From positions 1 to 40,030 of the forward strand of contig JALUTT010000082.1 in the NCBI GenBank assembly GCA_027021705.1: DNA of 40,030 bases, written 5' to 3'. A program made the translations under genes and the position numbers. The notes under the pieces are model-generated. The model made no database searches. It was given only the letters and a program-made list of their open reading frames with translations, and was not told where the DNA came from. This DNA is from Anaerolineae bacterium. GTDB taxonomy: Bacteria > Chloroflexota > Anaerolineae > S140-20. Below, piece after piece: positions 19,401 to 27,865 of the stretch. Each line of letters opens with the position of its first letter. Position 1 is the first letter of the stretch.

Positions 19401-20339
19401 GTTCAAGGCTCCTTGAACTCCACCTTCAAAGAAGAGGGGGACGTTCAGGCGAGAGCGGAATCCGGCCTGGTACAGGGCCCGCTCGGCCGGGAAATGGGCC
19501 TCCGCTCCCAGGTCTGGTGTGAAATGGGGGCGACCTTGGCGCACGTCCGTGGCGGCAGCGCTAGCAGTTATCGGCACAACGGATCCCACGGTGATTGCGT
19601 CGTCGGGGGGATCCAACGCCACGAGGGTGAAGTGCTCCCCATCCTCGGTGATCAGGGCCAAGCTGACCCGATCGGCTCCTGTGAGTACCCTGAGCCGGGA
19701 GACAATCTCGGCAAAGGCCCGATCCAGGTCCGGTGAGATGCTCAGAACCTGAAGCACAGCGCTTACGGCCGCCGCTTCGTCGGCCCGCCGCCGAATCTCG
19801 TCAAGCAGACGGACATTGGCGAGAGCGATGGCAGCTTGATCGGCCAAGGTCTGGAAGAGGAGAAGGTCGTCTTCATCGAAAGCATCCAACTGGCTGCTTT
19901 CGGCGCTGAGAACCCCGATCACCTCCCCTTCGACCCGCATCGGCACACAGAGCTCAGAACGGGTGGCGGGGTCCAGGGCAAGGTAGCGTGGGTCCTGAGA
20001 GACATCAGAGACGTTGAGGGGTTCTCCAGAGCGGGCTACGTGGACGACGATCCCTTTTTCGCTCTGGAGGGGGAAGGCGCCAGGATGATGGAAGGGTATG
20101 GGGCCGATGGAATCCCGGAGGACCAAGGCTTTCTTTTCGCGGTCCACCATCAGGCAGGCAGCGTGTTCAAAGGCCAGGACGTCGGCTGCGGCTTGAAGCA
20201 CAAGTCGGATGATCCTTGCCTCGTCCCGCGCCAGAACCAGCTCCCGTCCCAGCCGATAGATGGCCGCCAGCTTCTGGTCTCGCGGCGTTTCCAGCCCATG
20301 GGGGCGCGATTCGCTGTCCCTAGCATACCCGGATTTCAT
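16476..20339 (-). CDS. Cytoplasmic hybrid histidine kinase: GAF x3 - PAS - HisKA/HATPase - REC - HisKA/HATPase
   Basis: H-boxes SHELRTP and SHEFRTP; two N/G1/G2 sets; REC with LVVDDD, SDVMMP, FLTA, KPF. Start uncertain (ATG 20339 chosen; the track's start lies in a MITE). Confidence 0.88.
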   Translation of the reverse strand: MKSGYARDSESRPHGLETPRDQKLAAIYRLGRELVLARDEARIIRLVLQAAADVLAFEHAACLMVDREKKALVLRDSIGPIPFHHPGAFPLQSEKGIVVHVARSGEPLNVSDVSQDPRYLALDPATRSELCVPMRVEGEVIGVLSAESSQLDAFDEDDLLLFQTLADQAAIALANVRLLDEIRRRADEAAAVSAVLQVLSISPDLDRAFAEIVSRLRVLTGADRVSLALITEDGEHFTLVALDPPDDAITVGSVVPITASAAATDVRQGRPHFTPDLGAEAHFPAERALYQAGFRSRLNVPLFFEGGVQGALNLASRRRNAFHQRHLEVLRPIADALAVAITNRRLLEETARQRDHLAALRKVDRAISETLDLSRIMEVVAEGIVTHLGFKAALVTFYDAEEDAFRPVATYPRGALLRRALDMLGLDPWSLSFRFDPEENPGYRNLLEGKPWIETSFAVFVHPIIPRPLADAVQRLYGTRCNISVPIRSQQRLLGTILAATEEETISEEIQQMLLTVADQAAMAIEKARLYEEVRRHAAILEEEVARRTAQLRAEKEQTEAILQNVADAIVITDVEGNIQYANPAFARLTGYSQEELIGQNTRLLNSKQVPDEVFQEMWSTILRGEVWHGEVINRRKDGSLYDADLTIVPLRDEEGKVVGFIGSQRDISQWKEVDRLKSQFISNVSHELRTPLTNIKLYLGLLHTAPPEHHAAYLAVLERETMRLERLIEDILDLSRLEAQVEYSPEPLVLSALIRDLLARFSSVAAARGLTLHAELPETVPLVRADRQQIIQAVSNLITNALNYTPAGGRVTVRVWAEGGMVCLSVSDTGIGIPPDEQPRIFERFFRGREVRQRGVPGTGLGLSIAQEIIHRHGGRIMVESQVGKGSTFTLYLPALVVREETAPVQEPALPSRKPEKGGWRLLVVDDDPRLLAGLSEWLISAGYQVWTARDGQEALERLEEARPHLIVSDVMMPRMDGFAFFEAVRSRPDGVSIPFIFLTARGERKTILKGKEMGAEDYLVKPFDPDELLTIVEARLRRYAEMKAAHEAEVIGLRERILTLLSHEFRTPLTYITAYSDMLAEGGAHLDDEEFQQMLHGIRRGSERLRRLVLDFLLLVNLETGTAAETYQVRRRRVTALQNLVAAVVERYTPRAEKAGLKIRFEVASPPPPVIADEEYLQDALGRLLDNAIKFSRQKGNQITLRLEVQNGEVGIAVQDEGIGIPPGELPHIFKPFHQVDREKLEQPGVGIGLTIAQRLVALHGGRIEAESTVGEGSTFTIWLPAAST

Positions 20340-20437
20340 CTTCCCGAAAATCTTCCACGACATCTCAGAGACGATGGGCTGTCCCCAACAAGTGGGCCAA
20401 CCTATTGTAACACAAATTGGGAGAAAGGAAAGGGTCC

Positions 20438-20590
20438 GGTGATTACCCATATCTTTGGAGATAGGGAGACTAGCCGTCCACGAATGGGGCACGAATACAC
20501 GAATTAAGGACCGCCTCATTTGTGCATTTGTGAGAAATTCGTGGACGGCCTGCTACGGACCACTCTCTCGCTCACTTGTGGGCAATCACC
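20438..20590. mobile_element. 153-bp MITE, copy 1 (TIR GGTGATTACCCA)
   Basis: TIRs 20438-20449 / 20579-20590; direct repeat GGAAAGGGT at 20427-20435 and 20592-20600; near-identical inverted copy at 29673-29912. Confidence 0.88.
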
Positions 20591-20603
20591 AGGAAAGGGT
20601 GCG

Positions 20604-20632
20604 TTGACGCCGGGGACGCTCAGGTGTATAAT
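20604..20632 (+). promoter_or_regulatory. sigma70 promoter of the Ser/Thr kinase gene
   Basis: TTGACG, 17 bp, TATAAT. Confidence 0.8.
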
Positions 20633-20720
20633 GGCCCTGAACCTACAGAGGTCCTCGGCATCGGGAGCCCCTGCTCTGACTGCTCTCCTTAGCGCGGCAG
20701 GGAGGCAAGGAGAGACCAAA

Positions 20721-22715
20721 GTGATCGGGAAGACACTGGGCAAATATCGCATCGTGGAACATCTAGGCCGGGGTGGTATGGCCGAAGTCTACAAAGCCTA
20801 TCAGCCCGGTCTAGACCGCTACGTCGCCATCAAGCTGATGCACACCTTCCTCGTCGAGGAGGAGGGCTTCCTGGGGCGCTTCCAGCGGGAGGCCAAAGCG
20901 GTCGCGCGGCTACGCCATCCCAACATCGTCCAGGTCTACGACTTCGATGTGGAGGATGGCGTCTACTACATGGTGATGGAATTCATTGATGGCATCACGC
21001 TGAAGGCCAAGCTCCAGGAATTGGAGGCCCAGGGCCAACGCCTGCCCCTGGAGGAGGCAGTTCGGATCGTGAAAGCGGTCGGCGAGGCGCTGGCCTACGC
21101 TCACAAACAGGGGATGGTCCATCGGGATGTCAAGCCCGCCAACATTATGCTCACCCGTGAGGGCCACGTGATCCTGACCGATTTCGGCATCGCCAAGATC
21201 CTGGGATCCAGCACCCAGTTTACGGCCAGCGGGATGATGATCGGCACGCCGGCCTACATGGCTCCGGAGCAAGGGATGGGCGCCCACGGTGATGAGCGCT
21301 CCGACATCTACTCCCTGGGCGTCGTGCTCTACCAGCTGGTCACGGGCCGGCTGCCCTTCGACGCCGATACGCCCTTGGCCATCGTCCTCAAGCACCTCAA
21401 CGATCCCCTGCCGCTGCCCCGGGCGGTCAACCCCGAACTATCGGAGGGGATCGAGCGGGTCATCCTGAAGGCGCTGGCCAAGGACCCTGCTGACCGCTAT
21501 CAGAGCGTTGAGGAGATGCTGGCCGATCTGGACAAGGCGATGCAGGGTATCCCGCTGCCGGCCGTGGACCCGGCCATCACCACAGCCAGCGCTCCGGCCG
21601 TTGAGCCGGTCACCGCCGTCAGCGGCCGGGCGGCCACCGTGGTAAGCAGGGAAGCAGCGGAACAGCCCCCGACGACGGCAGCCCCTCCCACCGTAGTGAC
21701 CGAAGCCCCGCCCAGAGCCGCCAGGCTCCGGCGCTGGATCGCCCTCGGAGGGGTGGCTGCCCTGCTCCTGATCGGGGGAATCCTGTTCTTGCTCTCGATC
21801 CAGAGAAGAGGACCCGGCATCCCCGCCATCGTCTCTCAGGCCACCGCGACAGCAACGGCGACTCCGGTCGTCACGCCGAGTCCATCCAGCACGTCTACCC
21901 CCGATCTGCCTGCCACCCGTCTGGCGGAGTTGGTCGCGGCCCTCAGCGCCACGCCCACCCCCTCGCCTACCCCGACCAACACACCGACGCCTTCACCCAC
22001 CCCGACCTCGACGCCCACACCCGACCTGACGGCTACGGCCATCGCGGCCTGTGTCCCCAGCGCCGAATTCGTCAAGCACGTCACCTATCCCGAGGGCGTC
22101 TACCTGGCTCCGGGCACCGCTTTCGAGAAGACCTGGCGCTTCCGCAACGACGGGGAGTGTCCCTGGCGTCAAGGAACGCGCCTCGTCTTCGTGGAAGGGG
22201 AGCAGATGGGTGGACCCGATGAGGTTGAGGCCGGCCCGCTGGAGATCGGGGAGACGATAGACCTCAGCGTCAAGCTGACGGCTCCGTCGGCCAACGGTCG
22301 CTACGAGGGGGTCTGGCAGCTTCGGGACGCGCAAGACCGGCCCTTGGGCGATCCGGTGCGTGTGGTCGTCAACGTTGGGCCCACCCCCACCCCGCGACCG
22401 ACGCCCACGCCGACCGCGTCGCCCACCCCGCTGGGCCCCCTGAACATGACCGTTCCCACCCTGCTGCCGGGAAGCTGCTGGGTAGATCCCAACACGGGGA
22501 CCTGGGGAGGCACCCTGGTCTGGCAGGCCTTCGGAGGGACTGGGGAGTACCGCTATTACCACGGCGACATCAAGCCGGAGCTGGAACTCTCAGGACCCCG
22601 CTACGAATTCACGGGCCAGGTGAACCGGCGCTTCGGGCCGGAGTCCTTCTTCACCGTTTCGGGCAACGAGGTGGTGAAGCAGGACGTCATCATCGAATAC
22701 CCCCCTCAATGCTGA
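20721..22715 (+). CDS. Membrane Hanks-type Ser/Thr kinase with Pro/Thr linker and extracellular NBR1-like Ig domain
   Basis: LGRGGMAEVY, VAIK, HRDVKPAN, DFG, GTPAYMAPE; one TM; KTWRFRNDGECPW...YEGVWQL. GTG start behind AAGGAG. Confidence 0.93.
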   Translation: MIGKTLGKYRIVEHLGRGGMAEVYKAYQPGLDRYVAIKLMHTFLVEEEGFLGRFQREAKAVARLRHPNIVQVYDFDVEDGVYYMVMEFIDGITLKAKLQELEAQGQRLPLEEAVRIVKAVGEALAYAHKQGMVHRDVKPANIMLTREGHVILTDFGIAKILGSSTQFTASGMMIGTPAYMAPEQGMGAHGDERSDIYSLGVVLYQLVTGRLPFDADTPLAIVLKHLNDPLPLPRAVNPELSEGIERVILKALAKDPADRYQSVEEMLADLDKAMQGIPLPAVDPAITTASAPAVEPVTAVSGRAATVVSREAAEQPPTTAAPPTVVTEAPPRAARLRRWIALGGVAALLLIGGILFLLSIQRRGPGIPAIVSQATATATATPVVTPSPSSTSTPDLPATRLAELVAALSATPTPSPTPTNTPTPSPTPTSTPTPDLTATAIAACVPSAEFVKHVTYPEGVYLAPGTAFEKTWRFRNDGECPWRQGTRLVFVEGEQMGGPDEVEAGPLEIGETIDLSVKLTAPSANGRYEGVWQLRDAQDRPLGDPVRVVVNVGPTPTPRPTPTPTASPTPLGPLNMTVPTLLPGSCWVDPNTGTWGGTLVWQAFGGTGEYRYYHGDIKPELELSGPRYEFTGQVNRRFGPESFFTVSGNEVVKQDVIIEYPPQC

Positions 22716-22767
22716 GCGCCTCTCTGAAGGCCGCCGCGATCAGGGATCTCGGGGTCCCAACAAAAGC

Positions 22768-22799
22768 AAAGGGGCCGGGAGAAGGCTCCCGGCCCCTTT
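22768..22799. terminator. Bidirectional intrinsic terminator
   Basis: AAAGGGGCCGGGAG-AAGG-CTCCCGGCCCCTTT between convergent genes. Confidence 0.8.
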
Positions 22800-22816
22800 C
22801 GGTCACGAGGGGGAAG

Positions 22817-23134
22817 CTACCAAATGCCCAACCTGGCTGCGGCTTCTTCTTCCATCATGCTGGGGTCCCACATCTCCATCCCCAGCTCGACCTTGGTGGG
22901 CATCTCCAGCGTCTCCTGGGCCCGCATCTGAACACGCTCGATGAGCGCGGGGGCATAGGGACAGAAAGGGGTAGTCAGGATCATCGTAATGGTGACTTCT
23001 CCGGCCTCATCGTCAAACTCGACATTGCGGATCAATCCTAATTCGACGACGTTCAGCCCCAGTTCAGGATCATACACATCCCGCAATGCAGTGAACAATG
23101 CCTCACGCTTTTCCTGGTGCTCTTCTGCAAGCAT
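22817..23134 (-). CDS. sufT: DUF59/SufT-like Fe-S cluster assembly factor
   Basis: VYDPELGLNVVELGLI...LTTPFCP...WDPSMM; divergent from sufC. Confidence 0.88.
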   Translation of the reverse strand: MLAEEHQEKREALFTALRDVYDPELGLNVVELGLIRNVEFDDEAGEVTITMILTTPFCPYAPALIERVQMRAQETLEMPTKVELGMEMWDPSMMEEEAAARLGIW

Positions 23135-23248
23135 ACATCCCCTCTCCTTTCGCTCAAAGACTCACGACCGGCCTACTCCGCAAGGCTCAAGCCCGAGGCT
23201 GAGCGACTGGCGGACTCCTAGAGTCTGTTTGGAAAACCGCGCGTGGAG

Positions 23249-23333
23249 ATTATATCACAGAAGCGGAGGCTTGTCCAGAATATTTATCATAACTATGATA
23301 AATATTGACGTTCTCCCCCGAATGTGGTATAAT
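23249..23333. promoter_or_regulatory. Back-to-back promoters for sufT and sufCBD with a central 13-2-13 palindromic operator
   Basis: Minus: TGGACA(23277-72), 17 bp, TATAAT(23254-49). Plus: TTGACG(23305-10), 17 bp ending TGn, TATAAT(23328-33). Perfect IR AATATTTATCATA-AC-TATGATAAATATT at 23279-23306. Confidence 0.82.
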
Positions 23334-23389
23334 CAGCCCCACCTTAGGAACAAGACTTTCAGCCGCACTTCAAGTGGGAGGCAAACTTT

Positions 23390-24175
23390 ATGTCTGAATT
23401 GGTCATCCGCGATCTGCACGTCAAGGTCGAGGATCAGGAGATCCTGAAGGGGGTTAGCCTGACCGTCCGGCAAGGTGAGATCCACGCGCTGATGGGGCCC
23501 AACGGCTCCGGAAAGAGCACCCTGGCCTACACGCTGATGGGCCATCCCGCTTACGAGGTCACCGAGGGGGAGGTCTGGTTCAAAGGCCAGAACATCCTGG
23601 AGTTGGAACCCGACGAACGGGCCCGGATGGGGCTCTTCCTGGCCTTCCAGTACCCGGTCGCCATCCCCGGCGTCACGTTGGCGAACTTCCTGCGGATGGC
23701 GCTCAACGCCCGCCTGCAGGGGGATGGATCGGGCAATAGGGATGGGAATGACCACAAGAAGACGATCTCGATCCCTGAGTTCCGCAAACTGCTCAAGGAG
23801 AAGTTGGCCCTGTTGGAGATGGACCCCAGCTTTGCGCGGCGCTACCTGAACGAGGGCTTCTCCGGCGGTGAGAAGAAGCGGGCCGAGATCCTTCAGATGG
23901 CCGTCCTCCAGCCCGAGATCGCCATCCTGGACGAGACGGACTCAGGGTTGGACATTGACGCGCTTCGCATCGTCGCCAACGGGGTGAATGCCCTGACCGG
24001 CCCCGACCTGGGGGTGCTGATCATCACCCACTACCAGCGGATCCTCAACTACATCAAGCCCCACTTCGTCCACGTGATGCTCAACGGTCGGATCGTCGAA
24101 TCGGGCGGCCCAGAGCTGGCTTTGACCCTGGAGGAGAAGGGGTACGACTGGGTTCGCGAGAAGCATGCCGCTTAA
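23390..24175 (+). CDS. sufC: Fe-S cluster assembly ATPase SufC
   Basis: [54 protein letters not shown]. Confidence 0.97.
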   Translation: MSELVIRDLHVKVEDQEILKGVSLTVRQGEIHALMGPNGSGKSTLAYTLMGHPAYEVTEGEVWFKGQNILELEPDERARMGLFLAFQYPVAIPGVTLANFLRMALNARLQGDGSGNRDGNDHKKTISIPEFRKLLKEKLALLEMDPSFARRYLNEGFSGGEKKRAEILQMAVLQPEIAILDETDSGLDIDALRIVANGVNALTGPDLGVLIITHYQRILNYIKPHFVHVMLNGRIVESGGPELALTLEEKGYDWVREKHAA

Positions 24176-24201
24176 AGCGGCTTAAGGCGAGGGAGGAACC
24201 G

Positions 24202-27200
24202 ATGTCCGAAGAAGCCACGCTGGCGACGTTGAAATCCGATTATGCCGAGAAGTACGGCTTTCGCGTTCCAGAGGACTACGTCTTCAAGGCCCGCAAGGGG
24301 CTAGACGAGGAGATCGTGCGGGAGATCTCCTGGCTCAAGGGGGAGCCGGGGTGGATGCTGGAGTTCCGGCTGAAGGCGCTGGAGATCTTCCGGCGCAAGC
24401 CGATGCCGACCTGGGGAGCCGACCTCTCGGCGATAGACTTTGACGACATCTACTACTACATCAAGCCGATCGAGGAACAGCAGCGGAGTTGGGACGACGT
24501 CCCCGAGGAGATCAAGACCACCTTTGACCGGCTGGGCATCCCCGAGGCGGAGCGCAAGTTCCTGGCCGGCGTAGGGGCCCAATACGAGTGCTTGAGTGGG
24601 GATACCCGTGTGTACACAGCTCGGGGATTGGTGCCAATCCGGCAGGTTGAGCCAGGTGACGTGGTCTTCTCGTTCGACGAGCAAGAGAATCGAATCGTCC
24701 CCGCCCGCGTCAAGGCCCGAGCATATAAGGGAGAGCGGGAGGTGTTTGAGGTGCGTGTGGGCACCCGGACAATCCGCGCGACGGCAAACCATCCCTTCTT
24801 GGTCTTGTCCTACGAGCGCAAACCCGGCAGACAGCGAGGCCGATACCGCCGCCAATGGAAGTACTTGTACGAGCTCAAACCAGGCGACCTGGTGGCCGTT
24901 GCCAAAGCACTGCCGGATGTAGGGCAGTCCTATCCCCTTACCCAACCTGAGATCAAGACGCAAGTTGTAGGGCGGAACCAGTCAACCGAGTACGTCTTGG
25001 ACATCAGCGACCGGTACAATCCCGTTACGCTACCCGAACGCACATCGGTTGACCTGATGTGGTGGCTGGGAGTCTACATCGGAGATGGCTTCATCCATTA
25101 TACGAAGGGGGCAGACAAAGCTCGCGTTGAGGTGGCCATCCCAGCCAGTCAAAAACAACTGCGTGCGGAGTTTGGCCGTGTCACCCACGAGTTGTTCGAC
25201 TTACCAGCAGTCAATGGGGATACCTATCGGCTGACCATTTACTCCACCATCCTGGCGCGCTACCTGGAGGCAAACGGTCTCGGCGGCACCGCCCACACCA
25301 AACGGGTACCTGAATGGGTGTATACACTGCCCGAAGAGGAGCGTCTAGCTTTCCTGGGTGGCTACATAGATGCCGATGGCTACGTGCGCGACCATGCTAA
25401 GAACCACGACATTGTGCTTACCAGCGCCAGCGAATCTCTCCTGCGCGACTTTCAGGCCTTGGCATCCCTGTGCGGCTTGCCCACGTCCAGGATTCACCGT
25501 TTCGAATCCAAGCACCCGTTCGAGGAAGGTCGAACCATTGTCGGCTACCGGCTCCAGATAGCCGGGGATTTTGAACGTGTCGGCTGCCGATCCCCAGACC
25601 GAGTAAGCCGTATGGGGAAACGACAGTTCTTCCACAACCACTCTAGTGCCAGAGGAACGTCCTTCCGCAACCACACCAACGAGTTCATAGGCTTTGTGAA
25701 GATAGAGCATATCGAGCCAGCCGGCGTTGAGCCCGTTTACGACATCGAAGTTGATGGCCCCCACAACTTTGTGGCCGAGGGGCTTATCGTCCACAACTCC
25801 GAAGTCGTCTATCACAGCATCCAGAAGCACCTGGAGGAGCAAGGGGTCATCTTCCTGGATACGGATACGGCGCTGAAGGAGCACCCAGAGTTCTTCCGAG
25901 AGTACTTCGGCACCATCGTTCCCCCCACCGACAACAAGTTCGCCGCCCTCAACTCGGCCGTCTGGTCGGGCGGGAGCTTCATCTACGTCCCGCCGGACGT
26001 CCACGTCGAGCTCCCTTTGCAGGCTTACTTCCGCATCAACGCCCAGAATATGGGGCAGTTCGAGCGGACCCTGATCATCGCCGACGAGGGAAGCTACGTC
26101 CACTACGTCGAGGGCTGTACGGCGCCCATCTACTCCACCGACTCCCTCCACGCCGCCGTGGTGGAGATCATCGTCAAGAAGGGGGCCCGGGTCCGCTACA
26201 CCACCATCCAGAACTGGTCCCACAACGTCTACAACCTGGTGACCAAACGGGCCGTGGCCTACGAAGACGCCACCATGGAGTGGATTGACGGTAATCTGGG
26301 GTGCCTGGCCGGGGAGACCCCAGTGCTGTTGAACAACGATGTCAAGCCCATTGCAGACGTTGAACCGGGCGATAAAGTGTTTACCCTGACGCCACACTTC
26401 ACCCTGGAAGCGCAACAAGTGGTGGCTAAAAAATACAGCGGACGACGACCTGTCTTCCGCCTCCGCACCGCCAACCACCGCGAGATCGTGGCCACAGCCA
26501 ATCATCCGTTCCTGACGCTGCGAAAGCAAGGACGCCACCAATCGCTCACCTGGCAACGCCTGGACCAACTCCACCCCGGCGATTATGTGGCCATCACCGG
26601 CGAGATCCCCGACAGGGGGGAACCTTACCCCCTGCCCGCTCCCCCACAGGTGCCACGGGCGAAACCCCTGCGCACCCCTCACGAAACCAACGAGGACTTG
26701 ATGTGGTTCCTGGGGTTCTATCTGGGGGATGGTTTCTGCGAAAAGACTCGCCTGAACATTGCTATCGTTCCAAATGACCCGGCCTATCCGCGCGTCGTGG
26801 GCTTGCTAAAGCAGCTCTTTGGCAAAGAAGGCACACTGTACCGCGGGCGTGTGTTGCGCGTTGCCTCCGCGCCATTGGTGCGTTGGTTGAAGAGCATTGG
26901 CTTCACCGGGAACGCGCGCCAAAAGCGGATCCCGGCGTGGGTATACCGGTTGCCCCGATCGCAGCGTGAAGCCCTGCTGAAGGGTTACATCGCTGCTGAT
27001 GGGTATGTCCGGGCCAACCATCGCAATATGTCCGTCACCAGTGTCAACCGGGAGTTGCTGGAGGACATCAAAATTCTGGCCATCAGTTGCGGCTGGAACC
27101 CGCTGAAAATCAGTGAGTGGCGACGGGTGGAGAAAAAGCCGTTGGGACGAGAGGTCAAAGAGTATCGTCATTACATGCTGTACTTCTCCGATGAAACTTT

Positions 27201-27843
27201 GGATGCGCCAGTGGTCTTTGTACGCATCAGCAACATCGAACCTGCTGGCGAGGCAGACACCTGGGATATTGAGGTAGAAGGCAGCCATAACTTCGTCGCC
27301 AATGGCTTCATCGTGCACAACAGCAAGATCACAATGAAATATCCGGCTGTCTACCTCCTGGGCAAGGGCGCCCACGGCGAGGTCCTTTCCATCGCCTTCG
27401 CCGGCCGGGGGCAGCACCAGGACGCCGGCGCCAAGATCGTCCACGCCGCCCCCTACACCAGCTCCAAGGTCACCTCCAAGTCCATCAGCATGGACGGCGG
27501 ACGGGCCAGCTACCGGGGGTTGCTCAAAGTGCACAAGGGCGCCCACCACGCCAGCTCCCACGTCGTCTGTGACGCGCTGCTGCTGGACGAGCACTCCCGC
27601 TCCGACACCTACCCCTACATCGAGATTGACGAAGAAGAGGTCACCATCGGGCACGAGGCGACGGTGAGCAAGATCGGCGAGGACCAGCTCTTCTACCTGA
27701 TGAGCCGGGGGCTGACGGAAGAAGAAGCGATCACGATGGTCGTCAGCGGCTTCATCGAGCCGATGGTCAAGGAGCTGCCGATGGAGTACGCCGTAGAGAT
27801 GAACCGGCTCATCCGGCTTCAGATGGAAGGGTCCATTGGTTAG
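24202..27843 (+). CDS. sufB: Fe-S cluster assembly protein SufB precursor with two inteins (470 aa after splicing)
   Basis: Extein motifs LGIPEAE, AQYE/SEVVYH, FAALNSAVWSGGSF, GQFERTLI, YVEGCTAP, GNLG/SKITMKYP, HEATVSKI, ELPMEYAVE. Confidence 0.97.
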   Translation: MSEEATLATLKSDYAEKYGFRVPEDYVFKARKGLDEEIVREISWLKGEPGWMLEFRLKALEIFRRKPMPTWGADLSAIDFDDIYYYIKPIEEQQRSWDDVPEEIKTTFDRLGIPEAERKFLAGVGAQYECLSGDTRVYTARGLVPIRQVEPGDVVFSFDEQENRIVPARVKARAYKGEREVFEVRVGTRTIRATANHPFLVLSYERKPGRQRGRYRRQWKYLYELKPGDLVAVAKALPDVGQSYPLTQPEIKTQVVGRNQSTEYVLDISDRYNPVTLPERTSVDLMWWLGVYIGDGFIHYTKGADKARVEVAIPASQKQLRAEFGRVTHELFDLPAVNGDTYRLTIYSTILARYLEANGLGGTAHTKRVPEWVYTLPEEERLAFLGGYIDADGYVRDHAKNHDIVLTSASESLLRDFQALASLCGLPTSRIHRFESKHPFEEGRTIVGYRLQIAGDFERVGCRSPDRVSRMGKRQFFHNHSSARGTSFRNHTNEFIGFVKIEHIEPAGVEPVYDIEVDGPHNFVAEGLIVHNSEVVYHSIQKHLEEQGVIFLDTDTALKEHPEFFREYFGTIVPPTDNKFAALNSAVWSGGSFIYVPPDVHVELPLQAYFRINAQNMGQFERTLIIADEGSYVHYVEGCTAPIYSTDSLHAAVVEIIVKKGARVRYTTIQNWSHNVYNLVTKRAVAYEDATMEWIDGNLGCLAGETPVLLNNDVKPIADVEPGDKVFTLTPHFTLEAQQVVAKKYSGRRPVFRLRTANHREIVATANHPFLTLRKQGRHQSLTWQRLDQLHPGDYVAITGEIPDRGEPYPLPAPPQVPRAKPLRTPHETNEDLMWFLGFYLGDGFCEKTRLNIAIVPNDPAYPRVVGLLKQLFGKEGTLYRGRVLRVASAPLVRWLKSIGFTGNARQKRIPAWVYRLPRSQREALLKGYIAADGYVRANHRNMSVTSVNRELLEDIKILAISCGWNPLKISEWRRVEKKPLGREVKEYRHYMLYFSDETLDAPVVFVRISNIEPAGEADTWDIEVEGSHNFVANGFIVHNSKITMKYPAVYLLGKGAHGEVLSIAFAGRGQHQDAGAKIVHAAPYTSSKVTSKSISMDGGRASYRGLLKVHKGAHHASSHVVCDALLLDEHSRSDTYPYIEIDEEEVTIGHEATVSKIGEDQLFYLMSRGLTEEEAITMVVSGFIEPMVKELPMEYAVEMNRLIRLQMEGSIG
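24589..25797 (+). mobile_element. Intein 1 in SufB (403 aa) with LAGLIDADG homing endonuclease
   Basis: CLSGDT..., block B ATANHPF, LGVYIGDG and FLGGYIDADG, ends VYDIEV...HNFVAEGLIVHN followed by Ser. Confidence 0.95.
26302..27321 (+). mobile_element. Intein 2 in SufB (340 aa) with LAGLIDADG homing endonuclease
   Basis: CLAGET..., ATANHPF, LGFYLGDG and LKGYIAADG, ends TWDIEV...HNFVANGFIVHN followed by Ser. Confidence 0.95.
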
Positions 27844-27865
27844 GAAAGGTGGGAGTCGAAGGACG

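Noticed and set aside
20340..20720. Extended N-termini of the hybrid kinase (to 20519) and Ser/Thr kinase (from 20520)
   Set aside because: They run through the MITE and promoter; better starts lie downstream.
21840..22430. DNA repeats in the Ser/Thr kinase gene
   Set aside because: They encode ordinary Pro/Thr linkers.
23160..23240. Riboswitch or IS end in the sufT leader
   Set aside because: Small hairpins and a CTAGAGTCTGTTT motif are present, but no partner TIR, TSD or known consensus.
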